Shown piece by piece: positions 39,121 through 49,862 of a DNA stretch of 64,000 nt. Source of the DNA: Stegostoma tigrinum. Its lineage: Eukaryota. A program made the translations under genes and the position numbers. The notes under the pieces were generated by a model, which was not told the DNA's origin, did not search any database, and saw only the letters and a list, made by a program, of their open reading frames with translations. Where the stretch lies: positions 16,300,226 through 16,364,225 of the forward strand of contig NC_081354.1 in NCBI RefSeq assembly GCF_030684315.1. Reading direction: 5' to 3'. Position 1 is the stretch's first letter. Every line of letters starts with the position of its first letter.

Positions 39121-41354
39121 ATTGTTTTATGAAATGTCACCATCTTCCTAGGGGTATTTTTGACTGAGCACTTGTGCTGATACCACACGATTAAATCTCC
39201 ACTGTTCTCTGTATCTTTGACCTGGACAGGATGGACCTCATCCATTCCCTCCTTCCTTCTGTAGAACCACAGCATGTGATAACACAGGAGGAGAAAGATG
39301 TTGGAGGTGAAGATGGGTCCCAACTACAATGACATGTCCCTAGTTCAGGGAGCCAGCATCTCCCAGGTCTCCAACCCTCAGGGCACACAATGCCACTGAG
39401 CGGCAAGACCAGGAGCAATTTTACTAGCTGTCTACCGCTCTATTCCAAGGACTAACCACTGTGGGGATGAGGATCATTTCAGCCCCAAGCCACCTTCACT
39501 TCAGGCTGTGGAGCCAACTGTTTCCAGCAACATGGGAGTAAAGTACCCATTAGGAATACCATAACTGGTCCTGCGTACCACTGTCAAGTTGGGTGGTGAG
39601 ATGTTGGGATTTCAAAAATGCTTTGGTATTTCAACTGAGCAGTCAGAAGTGAGCACCACTGTCTGCATGCAGAATGCAATGAAAATTACTTTACCAATGT
39701 ATTTCCCATCTGCGAAAGTTGGAAATTCCTCTGTCAGGAACTCAAAACTCTCACTTTAACCAACTGTGAGTTGGTGGATCTCATTGAACTGAATGAAGAC
39801 TGCCTGTGTTAGTGCAAGTACATAAAGGACCTCTGCCACTGACTAACAGGTGCCATAGGTAAATGAGACCAGTGACGACGTGACAGTTACATTCCAGAAA
39901 TGACCTCAGTGGTGTGTGGAAACCTGGGAGTAGATCATAGGCAAATTTCTGATATTCCATTCCCACTCAAGTCCCAGAAACAGCCAGAAAATGCAACTAG
40001 ATTTCTTATTTTTAGGAAAACTTAAGTCTGGGTAGTATTTGAGAGAGAAAATATTTTTAAAAAGAAATCACCAACTCTTAAATACTCCACTTGATTCTCT
40101 TTTTATTTTACACAAAGTGTTTTGTTTCAAACAGCGAAACAAAATTCAGAACTCGTGTTAAAAGGACTGATCTGCAATTAATGTTTTCCAATCCAGAATG
40201 AAGTAAATTCAAAACAGATTTTATTGGTTAATGTCAGAGATCATCCTGTTAGCAATAATGGGAACACCCAACTTTAATTAGTTACTTCTACCTACAACAA
40301 CTTGGTTAATTCCCAGCGTCTCTTTTTAATATGACACATGCATTGCATATAAGTTTCACGTGGGTTGTAAATCTCAAAACAGCAGTATTTAAATCCTACA
40401 TAAACATTCTCAGTGCAATAGCCTGAAAATATTGACTTTGGCTAGGATTAATCTGAGAACTATCATGTTTAGAAAAGTTGTCCTATTTTCTGAGACAAAG
40501 ATAATACTAAATTAACTAGAAATCAATTGGTGTTTACGCTGTTTAGATGTCTGCACAATTCTATTGCAAAACATTCTTGTAAAATACCTGGGAATTTTAA
40601 TAACAAATCATGGAATTTTGACGCACAGCAAAGGCCATTTGGCCCATGATTCTGTGAACTCTGTAAAAGATCTCCAGGAGACTAATGATGAATGCCATAT
40701 TTCTTAATTTGTTTTCTGTGCGATTCGACACGGGTTTGATGTTTTCAGAAAAAGCTAATGTTGACTTTGAAATTATAATTCTCACTTGCATTTCCCGAAG
40801 CGTCACTCTTATTGTGTTTTCCACAGTCAGGTATGCTTGTTTTACTTTTTTGAGGAAGGCTGAATTTGTCTAATCTTTAATACAAGCAAGCTTGTTGACT
40901 GACCAAGTTAGGATTAAAAAACAGAATATGCTGCACATACTCAGAATGCCAGGCAGCATTTGCTCAAAAAAACAGTCAATAATTCATGTCTATGATCTTT
41001 CATCAGAATAAGTGTTAGTAATCCTACTGCTGCATCAATATTTATACCTTTGCATCAGTACAACAGTAAATCCAAAGCCAGGTTTTAATCAGTACTTTTA
41101 AAGGAGTCACTTCAGGAGACACAGCTATAACACACAGCCATTCAGATTGGTCTGACAGCAATGACTTGCGGATCAAATAGCAAGGTTCCTGCCAAGGTGA
41201 TGACATCCAGCCAAGAAGTGTCTCAATCCAGCAGCTTGTTGGTCTATGAAAGCAATAGATAGGGGTGTGGAAGACCATTTGAGAAACCAGTCTGGGGAAA
41301 TGGAATTGGCCTAGTTAGTGCTACATGGAAGTAGTCAGGCAGGTGCAGCAAGTA

Positions 41355-41952
41355 CAGAAACAAAGCTGCTGGAAAAGCTGAGCAGGTCTGGCACCATCTG
41401 TGAAGGAGAAAACAAAGTTAGCATTTCAGATTCGATGACCCTTCCCCAGAACTGATGGTGGCTGGGAAACGTCAGTTTATACACAGAAAGTAGGGAGTGG
41501 GGTGGGGTAGGGAGTAAACGATAAGAGAGAGCCCAAAGAGAGAGAAAGACAGTTGGACAGACAAAGGAGTTGCTAACGATCAGGCTGGGAGGGTGAGTAG
41601 CTGTTAATGGGGACTGTTAGTGACTAACAACAGGGGGTGTGCAATGGCAGGCTATGTGGTAACAAAGATGGTGTGTGGGGTGGGGGGGCTGGGACATGGG
41701 AGAGTTTAGGCCCTAAAATGATTGAACTCAATATTGAGCCCAGAGGGCTGTAGGGTCCTCAAGCTGAAAATGAGGTGTTGTTCCTCCAGCTTGCGTTGGG
41801 CTTCACTGGAACACTGTAGCAAGCCAGAGACAGAGGTGTTGGCCAGGGAGCAAGGTGTTGCATTGAAGTGGCAGGCAACAGATAGTTCAGGGTCTTCTTT
41901 GCGAGTAGAACCAGGAACATTTACAGCATCCGTGGTTCTTTTGGTTTTTATT
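41355..41952 (-). mobile_element. Penelope-like element 3' fragment (GIY-YIG C-terminus plus pLTR) with a 15-bp TSD
   Basis: Minus strand encodes ...GLLQCSSEAQRKLEEQHLIFSLRTLQPSGLNIEFNHF; TSD caggtgcagcaagta at 41340-41354 and 41953-41967. Confidence 0.9.
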
Positions 41953-42071
41953 CAGGTGCAGCAAGTAAATTGGAAGGCGACTGAAATGCTAGCCTTCATC
42001 ACAAGAGGATTTGAGTTCAGAAGTAAGGACATCACACTAGAGTTACACACACTGAGACAGCTTCTGGAGCA

Positions 42072-42107
42072 TTCTGAGGAAGGGCCCCTGGACCCGAAAC
42101 GTTAACT
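42072..42107 (+). ncRNA. Minimal type I hammerhead ribozyme motif (Penelope type) with intact catalytic core
   Basis: CUGAGGA (42074-42080), stem II GGGCCC/GGACCC, GAAA (42096-42099), palindromic AACGUU with a GUU cleavage triplet; stem I only about 2 bp in this copy. Confidence 0.6.
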
Positions 42108-42168
42108 CTGTTTTTTCCTTCATAGATGCTGCCAGACCTGCTGGGCTTTTCCAGGAGCTTTTTTTTTG
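42074..42168 (+). mobile_element. 95-bp Penelope-like mini-insertion with a 12-bp TSD
   Basis: ttctggagcatt (42062-42073) and ttctggagtatt (42169-42180) duplicate the CR1 LEY codons. Confidence 0.85.
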
Positions 42169-44682
42169 TTCTGGAGTATTGTGTGCAGCTTTGGTCTCCC
42201 TACCTAACAGGTGATATGTTTACTACAGAGGGTATGGGAATGGCAGGACTGTCCTACAAGGAGAGATTTGTTCGATTGAGTCTGTATCCACTGGAATTTA
42301 GAAAAATACGAGGGAATCTGGTTGAAACGCATAAAATTCTAAAAGGGCTGGACAGGCTCGATGTAAGGAAGATGTTTCCCCTGAGTGAGCCACCAGGGAT
42401 CACAGTTTCAGGATCCAAGGTGGGCCTTGATTGAGATGTGGAAACATTTCTTCATTCAGAAGGTGGTCAGCCTGTGGAATTCACCACACAGAAAACTGTG
42501 GAAGCCAGGTCACTGAGTATATTCAAGAAAACATTAAAGTATTAAAGGCATCGAGGAGTATGGAAAGAAAGCAGAAATATGGCATTATAATAGAGTACAG
42601 TCATGAACATAATTAAATAGTGTAGCAGGTTCGAAGGGCTGAATGGCCTACTCCTGTTCTTAGTTTCTATGTTTGCATCTCAAAAAGAATTCTAACTTAA
42701 CTCATGAATGTAAGTTACATTCGCACAGTGATACTTTAGGTAGAAAATTTCAGGATGTCTTTGCATTGAACATTTCTTTATGCTTTGTTTCCCTTTGAGT
42801 TCTGTGTGTCAATGAAGAGGGAAGAAAAGGATTAAATTGTCAGAAATATTCATTAACAAGAATACTACAGAATAACATGACGTCGAGAGTTCTTGACCAG
42901 AATACCGTGCAAAGATTTTAAGAAGTCTACCAGTTAGTAGTTTATATAATGTCAAATTAATCACAATCTTGAATGTTAATGTATTCAGGATACAAAGTTT
43001 CACATTCCAGCCTCAAAATCATCAAACAAGATTAGGACAATGATACTTTATTCCCAAGCATTATCACCACACTGGACACAAGAAACCAGAAACTGCTACT
43101 TCGACCCAGAGGCTCATGAGCAACAGTGCATAACAATGTTGTCAAGGAAACGGCACCCAATCTCAGGAGATATGTTCCACTTAACTCATTAGTGTTGAAC
43201 AAGAGCAGGAGTGAGAATGTATCCCTGTTGATACCATCAGTCACTTAAAGCTCATACAATTACATTCTATCTTCCACACACTGACAGTCTTCCATCCGCC
43301 CAGTGTCTCTTCACCATCCAAGTGGTGACAGTCTATTTCTGCAGTAATTATGGTGACTACCATTCAATGTACCATTTCTTTGGCAGAAATTTCTGGCCCA
43401 CTATGTTTGTGACAAAGAATTCAACCAGTTAGTGATTCCAATATTTAAAAGCTTCAGGGGAGAAAAGTAGGGGATTGAGAAAGTTTAGGTCATCCCTTGA
43501 TAGACTGGATTCAGTCTGATTTAGTTTTAGGTAAATGTAGATGTAAAGCGTACTTGTTTCAGCAGGGAAAAAAGCACTATTTTAACTGACCAAAAAGCAT
43601 TTTTGTGTATTCATAAAAGGGGGAGGTTATGGTATGTGTTATATAAAATTCCAATGAATTGTACTTCCTGATTATCTAGTACAGTTTATTCTGTTCTCTT
43701 CTTAAATTTAGTTTTCACTCCATGAATGAAAATACCTCCAGTTTCATTCAGAATTTTGTTTGTGTAAGAGAGTGCGTGTTGAAATATTAATGCAATCCTT
43801 TATTTCCTGATGAACGTTATTTCATTGACCGAAAAAATCAGTATCTAAACAACTTTTCAGTGATTTTTCTAGGAGTTATTATTATAAAGATGAACAGTTT
43901 ACACAGTTTTTTAATAAAAGCAGCAGGCAAATAAAGTTGATATAAGATCCAATCTAACCTCTTGGTAGGTACTGCTCAAACACTTGGATCAATTCTCATA
44001 TCTTTTGTGAGAGGTTCCAAAGTCCTAACTATGTTGTGCAGCGAACAGGGAGTTGTGGCTACAACTCGTCTACAATATGGCAAACAATACAAGTATGTTT
44101 GTGTTAGGTAGTTACATAGTATTCACAGCATAGAAACAGGTCATTCTGCCCAATTCATCTGTATGAGTCCCTCCTAGTCTTCTTCGTCTAACTCCAACAA
44201 TATATCCTTCTATTCCTTACTCCTTTGTGTGTGCTCTGTAGCTTCCACTTAAATCTAGGTGGTGTGAAAATTATGATCGTTAGAAGGCAGACAAGGAACA
44301 AATTGAAGACATTCGGCTGGATTTCCACCACAACAGAGAGCCTTTCCATTTATAGCGAATTTGGCAAATCAGAAGTTCTGCCCTCAAGAAAATGGCATGC
44401 TCCATTTTCATGTGGATGGGAATGAGGCCAGGCCGTGTTTAGGACATTCAGTCATATTGTGGCAGCTGACCATAGAAAATAGAATTTGCTGCTGTTCCTG
44501 TGTGCTTATGATGACCTGGGTGTCTGCAATACAGAGTTGATTTGGAAGGTGTGCCTCTGTGCTCAATGGAATTGTTTGGTAAGGCAGGGTACCCTTAAGA
44601 AACATGATGTGTCCCTTTGAACATAGTCTGTGACACCTTTTGAGAGAGACCCATTGGTGAGATAAGGTATCCTTTGGGAGAT

Positions 44683-44908
44683 AGTAGGAACTGCCGATGC
44701 TGGAAAATCTGAGATAACAAGGTGTAGAGCTGGATGATTACAGCAGGCCAAGCAACATCAGAGGAGCAGGAAGGCTGACATTTTGAGTCTAGACCCTTCT
44801 TCAGAAAAATGTTTTTTTTTCTGAAGAACGGTCTGGACCCAAAACGTCAGCTTTCCTGCTCCTCTGATGCTGCTTGGCCTGCTGCATTCACCCAGCTCTA
44901 CACCTTGT
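44683..44908. mobile_element. Penelope-like tail-to-tail inverted pLTR mini-insertion with a 15-bp TSD
   Basis: Inverted arms of about 95 bp meeting at cttcttcagaaaaa / tttttctgaagaa; tatcctttgggagat at 44668-44682 and 44909-44923. Confidence 0.9.
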
Positions 44909-46609
44909 TATCCTTTGGGAGATGTCAAGTTCCTTCAGGGAGAAGTAAGGTGCCCATGGAACTGTTAAAATAGACCTGAATGTAGGTTAACAAGTGCATA
45001 TACTCATTAATTGTCAAGTTAATTGGAATTGTCAACAGATCTGTCAAATTAACCGTTAAAATTATGAAAAGAAACTGTCGTGAAGGGAACTGCCAGAGGT
45101 TGTGAGGAGACCTTTCAAGAGGAATTGTCAAAAGTGTCAAGGCATTTTAAATGTTTATGTTTTAAGTTTTTGGAAAACATCCCAAGAGTGTTTAAAAAGC
45201 TTTACTTGTTATTTTGTTATGTCTGTTGATGAAAATTGTTCATGGGATATTGACCTCACTAGTTGAGCCAGCATATATTGCCCATTCCCAGTTATTCTTG
45301 AGGCCGTAGTGCCTTCTTGAACCTTTGTAGGCCTTGTTCGACTGCTCCAAATGGTTATTGCCCCCTTTGAAGTGGGATTGTAAATTCTTATATTTGTTGT
45401 TATAACAGGATTGTGGAGTTGGAGGAAGTTAAATATATTTTTTCATGAACAAGATTGTTTTTCTTGAAAATATAATAAACTCTGCAGTTGACGCTCAGAA
45501 CTTTAAATTATTTCTTCTGAATGCTGGTTCTGTGATCAGCCTGTGGTTTTACTGAATGAGTTGGCATAGAAGGTCGAAGATCAAATGGTTGATCGTGGTG
45601 TGCATGGGTTAGATAAGTTGGCACCGAGTTGATACAAAAGTTCTAAAGAGCTGTAAAGTTGAGCGCAGGACCATAGGTTGGCATGGAATGTATGAGGGGT
45701 ATTGGAAACGGATACAGTTCTCAATAGCAATAAGAGTAGGCCATTTTGCCCATCCAGCCTGCTCTGTCATTTAAAAGAATTATATTTAATATGGCATGAG
45801 GAGTGTGTGGGAAGGGTGAGGGTTGTGCAAGGAAAGGCTGGAAGGCTCTTTTATTTTTCTCGGTGCTTTTGTTTTCTTTAAAATTCAACACCATGCCAGT
45901 TTACTGACTCCCACACCGCCTCTGCACCTCCAAGCGTCCATAATCATTGTGGGGATGCCCAGTTCGACTCGCAGTAACCCTTACCATCCAACAACAAAAA
46001 TCTCAGCTTCTGGGACACTTTCTCCCTGAGCCAGGAAGTACAAAGTTCACGATCTCAGTGGACAGTGAACACATTTCAGAATGAACTAGACAATGTAATG
46101 TTTTCTTTCTAGAACTATCCTGGAACATTCCTAGTACATCTGTAACTATTTAAGTACATCTGTCAACATCTCCTGAAATTTTGGTCTCTTTCCCACTTTT
46201 GCTTTCACTTACCTATTAAAGTATAATTAGATGCCACAACTGTATGAAATTTATGGATTTTTGTACAACAGCTTTCATCTTATCCTTGTGTAAAGTTGAG
46301 TCCAAGCAAGCTGGCTCATGTAGGTTTTTTTTCTGTTTAATTTGGAAAAAAAACAATATTATAAAATCTCTTGGTATGGGGTGAGGTTTCAGAGGTACAA
46401 GTTTTCAAAATAGACATAATGTCTTAAATGTGGATTGAATCAGTGCACCAATGTATGACCCTGGAGTCCTCTCAACCAGTTCTGTTATTGTGCGACCATT
46501 TGTCAAGATTATACTAACAACCAACATGGTCTGTGACACAGTGGGGGTTAGTGCGGGCAGGAGAAAAGATGAGTGCTGGATTGATTTGCACCGACAGCAT
46601 GAAGTGGGT

Positions 46610-46825
46610 TCATAGCCTTCCAAGTCCCTGACCTCGACCACCTTGAAGGACCAGGGCAGTAGGTGTATTGACATCACTATCACCTTCAAATTTCCATCCA
46701 AGCCTCACACCATCCTGACTTGGAACTTTATCACCATTCCTTCAGTGTCACTGGGTCAAAATCCTAGACCCTCCTAACAGCACAGTGGGTGCAGCGACAC
46801 CATATGGACGACAGAGGTTCAAGAG
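46610..46825 (+). mobile_element. LINE-B 3' fragment
   Basis: cacaccatcctgacttggaac..ccttcagtgtcactgggtcaaaatcct. Confidence 0.7.
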
Positions 46826-48469
46826 TCTCCAGAGTATCCCCTACTTCCCCTACCCTATTGAACTGAATGCTCAGGACTGCACCTTTAGACTCAAGATCTC
46901 ACCAACCAGGCTGTGGGAGCCCCAATTATAAAAGTGAGAATAAGCACCTGGGGTACTCTGTTACTCACCCAGCTCCCTGCCCAGGCCAAGAGCAGATTCC
47001 ATTGTCCGTGATGAAGCAAGGCATCAGTACAAGTTACTGAGCAATGGGAGTTTATTTCTCAGCACAATGTATGGTAGCTGCTGATAGGTCAACATAACCT
47101 TTTGTCTTCTCATCTATGTCACGCTATGTAATGCCAACCAAGCTTTTAAAACCATTGTAAAACTGACGGAGAATGACTTTGTTTAATATATTTAGAAATA
47201 TAACAATAAAGTAAGGCCATCTGATCCATCTTTTAGGCCATATGCTTGCAAATAAGAAGCTACGCTCCTGGAGTAAAACACTCAATTCCCATTACTGATA
47301 AATGTAGGAATGTGAAGAAGCAGGTCCGAAAACCAGCAGAAAATTGAGCTCTTTTGATCACCAATGGTCTACTCTTACCTCAATCTCTCAAGACTGATTC
47401 AAGGCCACACATCACCTAAGGAGGAGCTTGCACATATCAAAGCAAATCAGATAGAAACCTTATCTGTTTCTTTGAACATAGAGTGCCGGTAACTCTTTTC
47501 TTTGGAGAGAAGAGAGATGCTGCATCTGACTAGCAGATAATTTGTTAACAAAACTTTGAACGTTTCTGTTGGCTTCCACAGCTCCTCCAGGGAGCAAAAC
47601 TATTATGTACAAGTGACGTCAACCTCCTAAGGAGAGGGAGAAAATATTTTCTTTTACTGTGGCCTACATGACCTGGTAGGAATAACAAACAAGCCAATCA
47701 TGAGTCTTAGAAAATATGAAGCATATTTATTTTCTATTATTCATTTCTGTTAAGCAACAACCTGTTCCTTAATACTAAGGCATTAGGCAAAAAAAGAGAA
47801 GAATGTAGGCTATGTGCCAGAATATAATGGGGATTTTAAATGAATAACTGCGTGCAGGAAGATATGGAGGGACACAGGAGGAGAGGCTTTTTACGTTGAT
47901 GCTCCAGATATCATCAGGGAATTAACATTGGACAATTGCAAATTTCCAAACCCAAAATTTTGAATCAAATTATTTTAACGCATTAAAAATCTTGATCTGG
48001 ACGGCTTGTGGATAATTTTCAAATGCAGTGAAATTGCAATGAGTCAACATTGTATAATGCCAAGTCAAAATGATCAACCATTCCCATTGGCAGCCGAGGA
48101 AATGCAACAGAAAACTGCCTGTGATGTTCTGTAATTCTGACTGGGAACTCCACATTACTGAACTTGAGCACATTTTTCATTTGTCCATGCCAGCCATATA
48201 GACATTGTATGACTGTAGAGACGTTCCTGGATTTCCACTGCACTGCAGTAAAGACGTTTGACTCCAATGAGTATGTGGTGGACTGTATCAAACTCCTTCA
48301 GGTAGACACCAGGCAGAAGATGATTTATAAATTTTTTCCAGAGCTAAATACTGATTTTTATTTCAATGCTTTTTACTGTATAAGATCAGGATACTGAAAG
48401 ATGTGAACAAATAGAAAAATGAAGAATTGAACATGATAAGTGCGGGAAGGATGCTCCCAGGGAGTCCAC

Positions 48470-48730
48470 ACCAAGCCATTTAGAACTGAGATGAGGAGAA
48501 ATTTCTTCACCCAGAGAGTGGTGAGCCTGTGGAATTCTCTGCCACACAAAGTGGTTGAACCCAAAATGTTGAATGTTTTCAAGAAGGAGTTAGAAGTGGT
48601 TCTTAGCTTTAAAGAGATCAAAGGGTATGGGGAACAAATGGTAACAGGAGTTGGTTGATCAGCCATAATCATATTGAATGGCAGACTTAAAGGACTGAAT
48701 GACCTACTCCTGTCCCTATTTTCTATGTTT
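48470..48730 (+). mobile_element. CR1 3' end
   Basis: KPFRTEMRRNFFTQRVVSLWNSLP plus 3' UTR. Confidence 0.85.
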
Positions 48731-48761
48731 ACATGAAATAACGACAGTTTTCACATATTTA

Positions 48762-48996
48762 AGAAATAACACGGTGCAGAGCTGGAGGAACACAGCAGGC
48801 CAGGTAACATCAGAGGAGCAGGAAAGCTGATGTTTTGGGTCAGGATCCCTTTTCAGAAAAATTGGTCCATTTCTGAAGAAGGGTCCTGACCCAAAACATC
48901 AACTTTCCTGCTGCTCTGCTGCCTGGCCAGCTGTGTTCCTCCAGCTCAGCATTGTTACCTCTCACTCCAGCTACGGCAGTTCTTACTATCTCTTTT
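48762..48996. mobile_element. Penelope-like tail-to-tail inverted pLTR mini-insertion
   Basis: Inverted arms around ttcagaaa..tttctgaa; direct repeat acatattta at 48753-48761 and 48997-49005. Confidence 0.85.
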
Positions 48997-49383
48997 ACAT
49001 ATTTACCATGTCATTTGATTTTTGTTTGTGTTTTAATTCCCTAGACAGCATTTTTAGGCAAATGAGTTTACGTAGGGGGTTCTTAGCCTTTCTTGAAGTT
49101 CTATTTAACATGAATTTGTGGCTGGGCTCCCAGCAGTTCAACTTACTGTGATTTTACTGGGTGTTCTGTCATTGTGCAACACAATGCACCAAACATACAG
49201 AAATACACAAAGTTGCCCTGAATTATAGCTGGCAGTGGTTGCCCCTCCCTAATCCACCATCCTCTGGTCCAATATCTCCTGTGGTCCAGTAGTAGTTCCT
49301 GCACTCGCAGATAAAACAAGGATCATTGGCTGCATGAAGACTCGGTGCTACCAGAGCGAATAGAATTGTATTGGCAGAATATG

Positions 49384-49862
49384 AGAACATAAGAAATAGG
49401 AGCAGGAATAGGCCATCCGGCCCATTGAGCCTGCTGTGCCATGAATAAGATCATGACTGCTCTTTTCATGGACTCAGCTCCACTTACCTGCCCACTCAGC
49501 CTTCATTCCTTTACTGTTCAAAAATCTGTATTTACCTTAAAAACATTCAACAAGGTAGACTCACCTGCTTCACTAGGCAAGGAATTTCACAGATCCACAA
49601 CCCTTTGGGTGAAGGAGTTCCTTCTCAATTCAGTCCTAAATCTGTTCTCCCTTATTTTGAGGCAATGCTCCCTCATTCTAGTTTCACCCACCAGTGGAAA
49701 CAACCTTCTTGCTTCTGTCTCATCATTTCATAATTTTATATGTGTTTCTACAATTCCCCGTCATTCATCTAAATTCCAATGAGTATAGTCCCAATCTACT
49801 CAATCTCTCCTCATAAAGGCAGTCCTCTCAATTCCCAAATCAAGGAGTAAAACTCCTCTGCA
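49384..49862 (-). mobile_element. CR1 3' fragment
   Basis: gaacataagaaataggagcaggaataggcc tail; ctttgggtgaaggagttccttctc. Confidence 0.85.

Larger units (their letters stand above)
41310..42672 (+). mobile_element. Old CR1 3' fragment interrupted by two Penelope-like insertions
   Basis: QVQQ..KA.EMLAFITRGFEFRSKD, LEYCVQLWSP and LEFRKIRGNLVETHKI pieces; 3' UTR gaagggctgaatggcctactcctg. Confidence 0.85.

Noticed and set aside
44683-44908. Long hairpins as pre-miRNAs or MITEs
   Set aside because: Arms are Penelope 3' tails of unequal length with long TSDs, not DNA-transposon TIRs; no evidence of miRNA processing
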